This document shows, piece after piece, positions 23,321 to 36,390 of a stretch of DNA of 53,059 nucleotides. This stretch comes from Phoronis australis. Lineage: Eukaryota; Animalia; Phoronida. The stretch covers positions 1 through 53,059 of the forward strand of contig NMRA01001120.1 in the NCBI GenBank assembly GCA_002633005.1. The letters run 5' to 3'. The notes below the pieces were generated by a model. It had not been told where the DNA came from, ran no database searches, and saw nothing but the letters and a program-made list of their open reading frames with translations. Positions within the stretch are counted from its first letter, which is position 1, and every line of letters starts with the position of its first letter. The position numbers and the translations under genes were made by a program.

Positions 23321-26103
23321 TTCTATTACATATTGAACGATAAAGATTGCAATGAATCGATCTGCATTTCTCGACTCGCTTCGGCTTTAGAATTACTTTA
23401 CATGTCAGATGCCTGGGGTCGGAGTTCGTGACCTTTTGAGAAACGCCGATTCATTCTTGTTACAATAATGCTTTTACTCGAAATCAATTGAAAATTTAGA
23501 CAACATAGAAATAACGTGAACGTATAAAATAAGTTTTAAGCAATTAGGTTAGCTTACTACACATCTTATCATGCTAAGCCTCCACCGTTAAAATTTCGGC
23601 TGCTAAAGTAGGTTACCACTGGTTACTGAGTATAATGTCCATGTCATAGATTCCCGCCGACATGTTTACCCACGTTTAAACTGGCTTGGACCATGAAAAA
23701 TAGTAAAAAATAAGAAAGTAAACGTTACTCATCTTCTATGAAACCTGTATCATGTCGTGGCGTACAAGTTTTTTGTAGGTTTCGAAAATATAGTGAATTT
23801 TAGAAGAGTTTGGAGTCTTTTTCTTTAAGTTTGGAAGTTGACACGCCTTCGTGCTCGTCAAGTCCGACATTACAGTCCCAAAATGCATTGCGGTGCCTTA
23901 TTTGGAAATGGCCTGATGACCTCAGAGAGGTGAAAGGTCGCCTAAAGCAAAACAGTGATTGCTGATTTCGAAAGCAGTCGACGCCTTTATTGGCTCAAAG
24001 AAGTCCGATTTCTGAAGTAAGTTTTCGATTTACTTGGTGTTTGTGCTCTTCTGAGTATGACCTAATCTACTTTTTGCTTGAGATTTCATTTATGTGCATT
24101 TCTAACGGAAAACGTTCGATTCATGTCTTATTGTTTAGTGAGTGAAAATAGTCTGGCTCACCGATAGGCGTATGGTCAACATCAAAGACTATAATTACTG
24201 TCTATAATCTATGGTGAACATGAGCACCAACATTTTGCTAAAAACATTTCATTGCATCGTGATTGTAGAATGATTTATAACTACACTGTATCTTGGGGTG
24301 ATTGTTACTACATGGCGACTGAGTATTCACCGTTTAAAGTGAGTAACCGAGTAATGCAAGTTCAATTAGCTAAATCCTCAGCTGTTTGTGGTGGGAAGAA
24401 ACGTTGAGGTACTGCAATAGTTCACGACATTATTCATTGGCTCCAACATTAGCCGTTGCATAGTTTCAATTGCACAGAACTTTTCAGTTGTGGCTAGGGA
24501 ACAAAGAGCTGTCAAAACAAGCATGTTATTGAACCAACAATTGTAGCAGGTGCTGAAAGTGATTCACAAGTAAAGGCTTTGTAGTACTGGCAGAGCATAG
24601 AACAGACATTACCTTGTACACTTTGTTTGAATGGACTTATGAGCATACAGTCAAGATAAATAAAGTGTTTAACTCAGTCTACCATTGCACCAAAAACCTA
24701 TTAGAATCGATTAGTGACAACCTGCGCCCACCTATCCATGGAATAAAACGTGACAAGAGCTCAGACCAACAGACTGGGGCTGAGACCTCGCTAATGGAAT
24801 GCTGTCACAAACATAATTTTTTCACACATTACCAGTCTTGTTTGAAGCATCTTTGGTTTGGAAATTGCATCCAATGTTGGGCATGGCTTTTGATGACCTT
24901 CGAGACTGTGAAATTTGAAAGGCCTTTTATTTTCATAGGGTATATGCGGGAGCCAGGAGAACAAGTAGAGGTTTAAGTGTAAGACGAGGTAGAGGAAGGA
25001 AAGAGAGGTCAGTCGCTACAGCTACTACAGGTCCAGCCTCAGTGACCCCAGCTCAACGTGGTCTGCAAGCTTATGCATCTCTTCAAGCTGACGTACAGGT
25101 ACTTCATCATGAATACTAAACATGTGAAAAACAACTCAAAAACTTTAGTTCAGAGAAGCATTTATGATTTATAAATATATAAGACATCCAATACTTAACA
25201 ATCTAAGTCACGTTACATCTTGAAGAAATTATGAGCCATTACATTTTACGCAGATTTTTATGTGGTTATCTTTTGTCTAATGATGCAAAATAAGATGTGA
25301 CATCAACTATTTAATAAAATTCCAGTTTGTTGTAGTAGTGAGATGAGCTTGTAGCTAGGTGAATTATAAGAATACAAGATGGGATAAATACCTCCTTTCT
25401 GTAATTGGTGAAAAATCTCCTAATTTTCAGAGAATAACAAATGCAATGACAAAATGAGCAAGTGCGACACCTTTCGGAGAAGGTGGTAGAAAGACAGTGT
25501 TGAGCCTTTAACAGAAGAGAAAATCCGGACATCGCTGACACTCTTGCAAGACACGTTGATGAAAATGGAAATGGAAATGGAAGGGAGGGTGTCATAAGCA
25601 GAATGAATTTCCTGACGTCCACAGCTGAGTGTGCACCAGCTGCATCATGAATCATGTGGTCACCACGGAAACCTGTGGACAACGTGTCATCATAATCTCC
25701 ATCGTGGTACCTATTGCTGCTATCTCCTGCAACTTCCTCTCCACCAAACTCTTCATCTCCAAATCCGACATCGCTACTATCCACATCATCAAACGTACTT
25801 TCTGGACTGCAACAAGAGAAAGCGTGATAATCTTGCCCTGTAGAATTTCAAAAAGGACACAACATCTAGCTCCTGTAATGCAGTTGAACTACTATGTAAC
25901 ATGGCTCGCATTATTTGCGCTGGAGAACAGTTAAATACAGTTCTTTTAGAATTCAAATATTTTATGCACATGACACTTGACAACACCTTACGATGCCGTC
26001 TTTAGTCAGTTTGCGGATCCTAATGGTTACTACTGTGAAAGGATTTCTGAGTGTCCTGTCAGGGCCTCCGAGATCCATTGCTGTCCATGCACCGAGCTAT
26101 TAA

Positions 26104-27635
26104 GTACTAGTCCACGAGAGCACCAGCCATGAGCGGCCAGGTGGGGGTCAGCCGATTTTTACCAAATTTGGCACATAGGTAGTCCTATGGGATCTATAAA
26201 CAGCGGTAAAATATTTCTTCAAAATATTGCGTTTTTCTAAAGTTATAGGCTCAAACACATTTTACGGCTTCGCAGCCATGTTTTCACGGTATAAAAACTG
26301 TCCAGTTTTAACTGTTCATATTTTTCCTTGAATGAAAGCTATTGATTTATTATTCACTGGGCATTGTTTAGTGGTGCCTGTAGATTGTTACACAAAAGTC
26401 TTGAAACACGATTCCGATTTACCACCCTCATTTAGTAGTTTTACTACACTCCCCCCCGTTATGCCATTTTGAGGTTGTGTTCAGTACACTGCTGTACCAA
26501 ATCTGCCCCCACTGTTATGAGAATGAAACTTAGTCAAAATGTTGACAAAACATGTTACTTTCATTTCATAAAATAAAAACTTTGTCAGCCAGTTTATTAG
26601 TTATATATTTTGGCACCTCAAATGTACTAAAATGAGAAATTTTCATATAACTGAAATCGATGCGTGAGCACCGTAAAATCCGATTGTCCTTCATGTTTTT
26701 CGATATTTTGCAACAAGTTAGTTCCTCCTGAATGTTTTGAACGTTTTACTACTGATCACTTAGGGCTATAGTACCCCTAAATACCATACATGGCTCCATT
26801 TTGTAAAAAGCCGATTATGTCCTCCACAGTGAACAGGGTTAGACATGAACTCGACAAATGTAGGTTACATGTATTTTGATTTACAGTTGNNNNNNNNNNN
26901 NNNNNNNNNNNNNNNNNNNNNNNNNNNNNNNNNNNNNNNNNNNNNNNNNNNNNNNNNNNNNNNNNNNNNNNNNNNNNNNNNNNNNNNNNNNNNNNNNNNN
27001 NNNNNNNNNNNNNNNNNNNNNNNNNNNNNNNNNNNNNNNNNNNNNNNNNNNNNNNNNNNNNNNNNNNNNNNNNNNNNNNNNNNNNNNNNNNNNNNNNNNN
27101 NNNNNNNNNNNNNNNNNNNNNNNNNNNNNNNNNNNNNNNNNNNNNNNNNNNNNNNNNNNNNNNNNNNNNNNNNNNNNNNNNNNNNNNNNNNNNNNNNNNN
27201 NNNNNNNNNNNNNNNNNNNNNNNNNNNNNNNNNNNNNNNNNNNNNNNNNNNNNNNNNNNNNNNNNNNNNNNNNNNNNNNNNNNNNNNNNNNNNNNNNNNN
27301 NNNNNNNNNNNNNNNNNNNNNNNNNNNNNNNNNNNNNNNNNNNNNNNNNNNNNNNNNNNNNNNNNNNNNNNNNNNNNNNNNNNNNNNNNNNNNNNNNNNN
27401 NNNNNNNNNNNNNNNNNNNNNNNNNNNNNNNNNNNNNNNCAAGAAATTGCCTCATTTTGCCCCCAAGAACACTTCCCATGTATCTCCTAAACCACCAAAC
27501 TTTGTGGTGTCATACTTCACCCATTTTCTCTCATCCCTAATGTGATTTATCAGACTAAACATGGATCTGAATGGTTGACCCCCCACCTTGCCGCTTGTTG
27601 GCTGTACAGTGGTCGGTGGATCTGTGGACTGATAC
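26104..27635. mobile_element. TTAA-flanked TIR element spanning the assembly gap
   Basis: ttaa|GTACTAGTCCAC..gcggccaggtgggggtcagcc versus ggttgacccccaccttgccgc..GTGGACTGATAC|ttaa. Confidence 0.65.
26890..27439. other. Assembly gap (550 N)
   Basis: Run of N. Confidence 1.
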
Positions 27636-28657
27636 TTAAGACCAATAGTAACCAGAAAATATATTTACACTATATACATTAACATTGTCAGCATTGAACA
27701 ATAATGATGTATTTTTATAAAAAATGGACAACTCATAATTTATATGTGTATCTAATGGTTATGTTGCACTTACACTCATCGCCCATGTCATCGCATGTTA
27801 TGTCCTCAGAAACATCAATCGTTAGCCTGTTATATAGAAATTTAAAAATGCTCAAGTGTTTCCCTTGCTTAAATTGTTTAGCATTGGTCATTCTGCATTT
27901 ATTAGATTTCAGCAGATATCGTCTAACCTCGATTAAGGTATAAGTTATAGAAACCGAACCATGTACGACATGGTCTTTATACTTAGAACTCAGAAAACAG
28001 ACTTGGAAATTTCTATCCAGAGCACACATTTATGACTTGATGTCAAATAAAATACCACCACAAATTTTATGGACTGTGTATACTACTGATAAAAACTCCT
28101 CAAAATCCTAACAATTTCAATGTTGCCTTCGAATATAAACTTTTAAATTATACAGCAATCAACTTCAAAAAGAAAAAATGTCAATTTCAGTGCAAAGAAA
28201 TGTAGCTGCAAAAGCAATCGGTGAATTCAACTCTGCCCACACTATATTCGAATAAGTTAGGAATACCAAATTGTCACGTTAAAAACATAAATATGTCAAG
28301 ATTAGTCGCAGGATGACCTATAAGACCACAACTAAAAGTGGTATTTACTCAAAAAGGTCACCAAAACTGCTGCCCATCTGCTTTTTGATGCATTCACTTG
28401 TAGTTACATTTCTGCAAATCACAAATATATACGATACATGTATACAGAATATGCAAAATTCAGTCTTGCTTAGAATAGAAACGTATGTACACCATTCCTG
28501 ACCATAACAGACATGTATAGAAATTCATTTTTATGGGAATATACCATGTATAATACATGCCCCAAATTTTTCACAATTCTATCATCAGTTACAACAAAAC
28601 CAATTTGTTGTCAAGATAATTTATGAGCACTGACTAGTTCTCTCAAATTTTAAAGAT

Positions 28658-28892
28658 CAGGTGCCCGTTCCAACAGAACTTACTTAGCTAAGACAAATTT
28701 CAAATTTAAGTAAATTTTAAAATAAAGTTAAATTTGTCTCAAAACCAATTCAAGAAAGAGATTTTAAGTTTGACTTAAGTGTTTGACATAGGTTTTGCCT
28801 TAACTTACCAAAATTGAAAGTTTCAAAATTTGCAAATTAAGACAAATACTTAAGTCAAAATGAACTTGTCAGTTTCTTGGAACAGGGCCCAG
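28658..28892. mobile_element. MITE with C(A/T)GG.GCCC.GTTCCAA termini
   Basis: caggtgcccgttccaacagaact ... agtttcttggaacagggcccag, with internal taagacaaa/ttaagtcaaa repeats. Confidence 0.55.
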
Positions 28893-31800
28893 TACTTTCA
28901 CATCACTCTTTTAAGGAATGGTCTGGATACATACCTCAAAGCTTCGTCGTCACAGACAGTATCACTTGCATAGATTCCAGATAGCTCAAGCCCACTGAAA
29001 ATACAACATTGCCATAATCACAGTTAAGTAATAAAGAGAGTTACTTTGAGTTCAACATTTGTCAACAACTACACAAGGGTACCAGGCAGTCATACGTACA
29101 AACTTTAAGTCATAGGCACAAAGCACTGCATCATTAGAAAGAACACTTTATTCATACATACGAACCACAACATGATGTGTACAAACAAAAAGTCATGCAC
29201 ACGGACTATCTAATCAAGCGTACGAACAAAAATCAGAAATTCAAATAACATGTAAGAACATAGTTCTTGTATAGAAACATTTTATGTTGCCATTTAGCTT
29301 AGTGCTGCGCTCCTTGGGAAAACGAATGACGACCACCATCGCTAAAGATGTTCCAGTAACTATGTGATATTAGTTCATACCCCTGGTTTTTGTTTTATCT
29401 GTTTCTTTGGCTTACATGCATGGATTTTGTTCATATGTTTGATGTGTTTGTATCTACAATTAAAGTGTTATTACGAATGTTACAATGGTCCGTACATATG
29501 AATCAAAGTTTGCATGTTTGATTGCTTTGGTCCCGTTTAACAGGGATACTTCACTCGGTGCAGTTTAGAAGCTCATAGTTGTCAGAGACATGGTCAAATA
29601 AGCCGATGGCTTTTAATTTTTATGTCTTGAAATCCCATGTTCCTAAAGCACTGTCAGTAAATAATTCAGTAACCTAGAGTACAAGTATTCATTTTGAATA
29701 ACAGTTTCACACCTGAGTAATATCGATGGATATAAACCAGTTGGTGTTGATGAGACCAGTTTTGAGGTCCCAGGCCTCTCAACAGCAGTAGCACAGTCGT
29801 ATCCGCAAAGACAACATCAAACAAAATTTGGTTACATTTGAATTGTTTTAAGGACAATGCTTAGCGAGTATGTTCAGAGTCAGTTCGGTAAAACAAGTTA
29901 CAATATTTGCACAATAATTCAAGTGTTAATAAAGTAAAATAAAATCAAAATCAACGAACGAATAAAGTTAGGAGAGCACAATCTTGATGAAAATACAACC
30001 ATTCAGTCCATAGTCCAAGCCAGTTAAGACTTAATGAGTGCAAGTTCAGTAATATTTCAAACAATGGCAAGCTGGAATGATTTGATTTAAATTAGCAACC
30101 CTCACAAAAATGACTTAGAGTTTTCAACTAACGCAAATTTCCATTTCATGTCATGTATTGTCATAGCCACAAGTACTACTAGGTGAAGAAGTAGACAGCA
30201 CATACATTCATTGAAAAAATAATATCTAGAATACCTTTGAACAAACTGGGCCATGGCAGGTGTTGCAGATACAGCTTAAGATTCAGACTATGTGGACACT
30301 GCTCTAAACATTGTTGCCAGTCTTTCACTTTGTGCCATTTCATACCTACAGGGCAAAAATGAAATTACAATAACCGAGTTATTAACTACGGGTATAGATG
30401 TCAAAGCATACAGGTGGTACAATTCGCTACAATAATAACCAAACTACATGAATCACCATCACAAACATTGCGAGGGCAATTCATTACTTAATTTGTTGTT
30501 GTAAATTGGAATTTGTAACCAAAAATAATCCTCAATTGACGAGTGTTTAAATTTTGAAAATCGATCAACAAAGGTTTTATGTGCTTTTACTTCGTAAACC
30601 TTTATAGGGCAGCGAAATTTTGATTAATGAGGTTTTGGCAGGGGATTTTCTTCCAGTTGTTGCATATCTTTCAAGAAGGAAGGCCTCTTGATCTCTCAGA
30701 TCATAATGCCACTTTATGTCAAAATACATACGTTTGCAAATAAGGTAAAAGATGTAAACAAGGCTACACACCCATGAGACATGACTTTGTACCTATGTTG
30801 TAAGTGCTAAATCTAGCAAAATGCACGACTTACCACTAAAACAGAATTGCTGTCTAAACTGGGCCATAACTGGTGACACAGATGGTCTTCTAGGGGCAGC
30901 AAGAAGCCTTTCGGCAACTCGTACCTCGCATACACTAAACCATCAAAGTCATGCTGCCTTAAGTACCTTTATAACATAAACATGGTCACCTTAAGAGGTT
31001 GCCGATGTCTTTAATTCCATCCAACTCGAACAAATACTTTGGTAAACAAGATTTCTTTCTGATATGTTTCTTTGTTCTTCTACAATATCATTTTGCACAG
31101 GTATGAGTGGTACAACCCTAGTTTCAAGCACTAACAAACTCTGGTGATCACCTGTGTAGTGCTTTAGGGATTGGTTTACTCTGTCATGGAGGTCGACCTC
31201 GATGTGATTTCAAAACGCTACAACTGGGAAGAGTTTTAGACATTAAGGTTCGTCCTATCTGCAAATGTTATTTGCAGCAATATGACTTTGGTGGTTTAAT
31301 CAATGAGGCACAATTCTCCAAAAAGCTTTCAGCGTATGGAGGGCCTATTGGACTACTGCTGTTTCTAAACTGCGGTCAGTTGAGACGGTGGTACTATCTC
31401 AAAGTAATACTGCTGTGTAATTTTTCTTAGTGTTTCAAGAACTATCAAATGAAAACAACTAAGCAAGTCGTCAATATATGGTGATAAGTAGGTGTAATCT
31501 TAATATAGGCTTAGCTAATGTCAACAGACAAGGCAACTCGGTGAATTTATGTCTGAATTTAACTTTCACACTCTTTACTTTCTCAGTGAGTTCTCGGACC
31601 AAGTGCTACTTTTTGGATCGAGGTGATATTAAAATGGTGGTACCGAGCAATGTCCATATAACTACCGAAGTAGCCTATACAAAGCAGGACCGAACAAATA
31701 CTTACGCATCAAGCCAGCCTGGTACAAAACTGTATACTATAGTCTTCATACAGCTAGCTGGGAGGCTAGCATCAAGGCAAGCTATTGTTTGGCCAGCTCG

Positions 31801-33455
31801 GAATTAGTGACAATTAGTTCACTTCTAAGAGATTCCCAGCAACCGTGCTCTTTACCCAAATGAATGCGTCGTTTATTAACTTTCAGCTGCAAGTCTTGCC
31901 TTCTTTTCTTTCTAAATGAGTCGGTTAACTTAGACGAACGTCCTCTTTTTTGCCCACCTTTCCATTGTCAGACATCTCGTCTCGCATGCTCTTGTAAGAC
32001 CGCGCCTGCGATTATTAACGTAGCACCGACCTCAGACACATAGTCAGTGTAAATGATTAATAGACCACTACAGATCAGTTGAGTGATCAAATCTCAAGTA
32101 ATGGTCCAATCATGAAGTATCGTAGGGGCACAAAAATGTAACACAGCCACAGGGTATACCCAGTCACAGATTTGTCCAACCATGTTAATTGCAGAAACAC
32201 CAAGAAGCGACCAGAACACAATGACTAAGACAGGCCCAAGTCAGACGTTACCGAGTAGGCCTATTCCGAGTAAGTAACTCAACAGAACACAATCGTTAGC
32301 TCCATCACGGTGCAAGGTAATCTACACAACAGTGACCTTTATCTTGACTCTGACTCAGCTGTTCGTTTGTCGACTGACTGAGCTCATGAGCGCATTTATC
32401 ATAAGTGAGAGGGAGATTGACAGCTTTAAGTGGTAACCACCTAACCTTTTCTTCGTACTTCTTTCAAAAACCATGAATTGGGTGATTTTTTTCTGGAATT
32501 TCCTTCTCAGGGGAAAGTGGATAACTCTGTAGTAAAGGTTGCAAGAAGGTACTTTCGTTAGGGATCGTTTAAAACGTATTTTCACGAGTTTTCTCGGTCC
32601 ATGCCACTTTGAATTGGAAATCGATGATTTACAAGTGAGAGAAAATGGCAGAAACATTTTACTGAATTAGAATGAAAGTTATTGTTTTTATTGAAATTGT
32701 GCGTCTTATTTTCACAGTGTTACAGATGTCAGTACAATTCAGTTTGTCGAACATGCAATTATTGCGCTTCCTCATTTAAGTAGGTCATTTTTCGCGGGAC
32801 CACAAATTAATGCTACACTGGCGTATACCTTGCGTGAAAGCGTACCACCCGAGCGGGCAGCACGTCCTTGCATACTCCNCTTAATTGTATATATCTCTAT
32901 GTATACAAGTTTCATTTATGAATTGTTTACAACCCAGATATAATGCTTCGCGGTTTCTGGGTTTGTTATTATTTCTTTGTATGTTCTGTGTATCCTTCAA
33001 TAAATATATATCACAGTGAAAAAAAAAAAATCTTTTATTAGTTTGATATTTTCCCTCTCGACTGATTAACTCCTAAAAACGCATGTAAGTGCTACGTCAC
33101 ATGCTTTTTATTTGCGTTTCTGAAAAAAAATCATACTCTTCCGAGTCTTTATGTGTCAGATATCACACTTTGAAAAGAGCAATTTTCCCCGTTTTTATAT
33201 GGCGAGTAACCGTGTCACGTGACTAGAAACACTTTCCAATATGGCGTCAAATTGTCAGCTCCTGTACCGCGTGAGCCGGGTCTAAGACGTCGGTATCTAC
33301 CTAAAGTATTAATGTCACATCTAGCGTTTCGCAGGAAATCCGCCGGATTTCCGTTTTCACAGCATTGGCAGATGACTGGGACCTGATGGGAAAATTTCGA
33401 TCCAAAAGGCGTGAAGTGAGATTAAAAAGCGTGGTAACACTGAAAAATGTCTTAC

Positions 33456-33553
33456 AACTTGTTGTAGGCAATGTCGTCATACATCATGACGACGATGTTT
33501 TCCTCAGGGATTCCGTTATTCTTTAGGACGTGGAACGCATGACACACATCGGC
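33456..33553 (-). CDS. LGMN: Legumain B exon 2
   Basis: [32 protein letters not shown]; 98 nt. Confidence 0.93.
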
Positions 33554-34203
33554 CTAAAATCAATCAGTATTTTGTTTGAATACATCGTGCCTCGTCTAAT
33601 AATAATTTGATTGCATCAGAAAGAGAATAGTTAATTGTTTTCTGTGTTAGTGACCCTGGCGCTGCTTAATTAAGCGTAGAGCCATTGTAATGTGCACACG
33701 GGTACAGCGACGTTCTTGTAACCTCCAAATGTAGGTAGTGTTACAAGATATGAGATTCATTAACATTTTTGGTGCAGCGTTAATTTCAAAATACGACACA
33801 GAACATGTTTTCAAAAGTAGTTTTGCTCTGAGAATCATTGGAACTTGCACTGTACCTTTAATAAACCATATCTGGGATTTACTTATTTGTAAATTGATGA
33901 CCTTGTTTACCCACTTCGCAAATCTAGAGTTAATTTATTGACAGTTCAAAGTTCGTGCTAAAATCAACTAGGCCACGTTACGTGATTCGCGTAAGTGTAC
34001 AAATAAGGAAATTTCGTTTAAAAGACAAGGGAAAAATAATGACGTCACGGAACGTTGTCAATGTTGCCTGTAGACCAACAACTTTCTCACAATCAAACAA
34101 AAAAGCAATTAGTTGTATGTTCTATAAATTACAATAATTCAGTCTTCGTTTTGATTTTTGAAAAGTCCCGTGTTGATTGTGTCAGCGCAAACGATAACAC
34201 TAC

Positions 34204-34350
34204 CTGGTGCCTGTAATTGATCCATCCTTTCGATCCTGCCACCAAGAGACCCCAGTGTTGGCCTTTCTTGCCAATGCGTTCCTTCACTACATTGTTGAAT
34301 GACTTGCAGACCACAAAACCAACTAACCCAAGGATCAAGGCTAGTCTCAT
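34204..34350 (-). CDS. LGMN: Legumain B exon 1
   Basis: MRLALILGLVGFVVCKSFNNVVKERIGKKGQHWGLLVAGSKGWINYRHQ|gtagtg. Confidence 0.92.
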
Positions 34351-34771
34351 GCTGACAACTGCACAAAGAGTGCTGATAGATTGTAGGCAATGTTAAGATA
34401 TATTTGAATTTATAGTTAAACTGTAAGTTCACGTGAGATAACGATTGCTACACATACTGAAATTCGCGGGGGGTATTGAGTCTGTTACCGTCGTCCGAAC
34501 TGTTCGCCAAGGGTAAAATAAAGAATAAAAATTCAGATATTGAGAAACTAGCCTTCCTTGTGAATCTTATGAGCGATCTCATTAACAGCTTAATTGTGTC
34601 CTGATAGGGTATGTGTGAAAGAAAAAGAGAACTCGGTTTTTGAACCGGGAAAAGAGCGCTTTTCGAAAAAAGGCTAGTTCAGTTAAGGGAGAAAGACTGG
34701 TTATCCTAAGACAAAATCTTACTTGAGCAAATTTTCATAGTAGCCAAAAGATACGTTTTTATTATCCTTGA

Positions 34772-36390
34772 TGGAGAATGCCAACCGATTTAATTAGTCT
34801 TTTTTACCGTCTTAAAAGGTCTATATCCACATCACCTCGTATACGGTCGATCTTACCTCCCCAAGAGGTGTCCCGTTAACCTGTGAGGAAGGTGACAAAC
34901 GACGCAGCGACATCAGTGGTTCTTCGGCAGAGTGAGTGCCGTTATGGTGCGGTGTATCGTTCCCGCTTATGCAAACTATGAGGCTGTGAGGAAAGTGGGT
35001 ATATCGTTTTTTCGATTTCCTCGAGAGCTCATAATGCTTTGGAAGTGGCTCGCGGTAGTGAAGAATGAAAAGTACGCCGCTAACACCAAGTATGAGGCCG
35101 TGAAACTTCTCGTCTCTGTCTGTGGCTTGAATTTCGTCGGATCGGTTGTTGATCAGTTTTTGATTTTGGAGAATTGTAATTGGCCATGAAAACATATACA
35201 ATTACAATTAATTCAAGGCGTGAGAATATAACAATTTATATAACCTGTTTGATGACTGACTTGTTCGTGAAGCTTCTGCCTTTGGTCCTCTGGGTGTAGG
35301 ATGTTTTCGCCAGTTCTTTTTGTCAGCCCTAAAAAGTCTTAAGCACACCTTTGTTTACATGCGTGCAAAATCAGGATGGTCCGTGAGACACATCTGGGCT
35401 TCTCCAAGAAGGCGTTTCACTTGCGGAATTTCGTGGCAGCAAACGCAAGTGTCAGTCGTTTCCATTTATCGTGCAGTTAGCTCACTGACACCATGACAAG
35501 TCATTCAAACGGTTTTCGTAACAATCCATATGTTCCGTTGTCTGTGAACGTTCACGGATCCTCTCTATTATTTCTCGATCAATGTATTCCGGTTCAAACT
35601 GATAGCCTGTGAAACCTAATGATCGACCTGTGAAGTCTTCATCGGATGAGCACTCGTCTAAGTCGGGATTGCGAGTTGCCACGTTGACGTTTATTATTGT
35701 GCGTTCTGTTTCAAACTGAATTATTCTCACCCTAACCAACGCTTGTACAAAACTGAAACAAAGTCTGTCTTATTAGACAGGGCTCGACGATATGAAAATC
35801 GCCAGGTCACATTTCGCAAATGCGACCTGCAGCTCGTTATGTCGAGCCCTGTTAAGTAGATACAACTTGTATATGCCTTGGAGTGTTCGTGAGTGTAAAT
35901 GTTTTGAGAAGCCAATAATGAGTAAATCACTGCGTTACCGTCTTTAGATGCAATAAACTAATTGACCAAGCACCGAGGGCGTGTGAGCGCATGCTAATTC
36001 AGTGTTCGCTGACAGAAAGCTGTTGCAAAACAATAACTAGATGTTATGGAATCTTTATTTAGATATCCATATACATTATTCGAATCATTGTTACTGTACA
36101 ACTTTTGCCCTGACGGTTCTGTCGAAGGGTAACCTGACTTCGCGGCCGCCGACGAGCTAGAAAGTTGATTTGCAGTTTCGTGGCCAATTCACCAAAGTAA
36201 CCAAGTGCACATTTTTTCTTTGGCTCTCTAATATAGTCTTTTCGTGACTGGAAGTTTAGTTTCCAACTGTGGCTGGTTTAAGTTCGTGATGTCTTCAGCC
36301 CGGCAGCGGTCATGGTCTGATAGGCCGGTTTCCGAGCCATTGGCCGGGTTAGCAACCGTTTCGTGTGTTTAGAACAGAAAAAATCAGACT
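34772..36390 (+). mobile_element. Kolobok-like element (AGGAGAATGCC family) with convergent THAP and KolX/P2X7-tail-like remnants
   Basis: Starts ttga|TGGAGAATGCCAACC. + strand THAP: MVRCIVPAY..FFRFPRE..KWL..VCG (from 34944). - strand: [40 protein letters not shown] (~35690-35340). Aligns with 42928-44831 in reverse. Confidence 0.8.

Larger units (their letters stand above)
25450..31975 (-). pseudogene. Decayed multi-exon Kolobok-like transposase gene nested in legumain B intron 2
   Basis: Exon-like pieces 31774-31975, 30834-30934, 30235-30345, 29674-29802, 28935-28994, 27774-27826 and 25837-~25450. The last five are phase-compatible. See findings. Confidence 0.55.
14179..34350 (-). pseudogene. 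LGMN: Legumain paralog B: 10 exons, frameshifted exon 6, prodomain exons not found (pseudogene or assembly-damaged gene)
   Basis: join(34204-34350,33456-33553,21751-21832,19777-19877,19470-19545,19153-19214,15862-15928,14959-15077,14548-14634,14179-14271). Same intron positions as paralog A; catalytic DHG and ESCESGSM intact. Exon 6 is 62 nt instead of 63. Identity as legumain is secure; pseudogene status is uncertain. Confidence 0.6.

Noticed and set aside
26777-27540. Long ORFs of 204-231 aa
   Set aside because: Artefacts of the N run.
35340-35739. Host P2X7 receptor gene
   Set aside because: Only the Cys-rich tail-like part is present, disrupted, multicopy and inside TIR elements. KolX-type transposon cargo is the better explanation.
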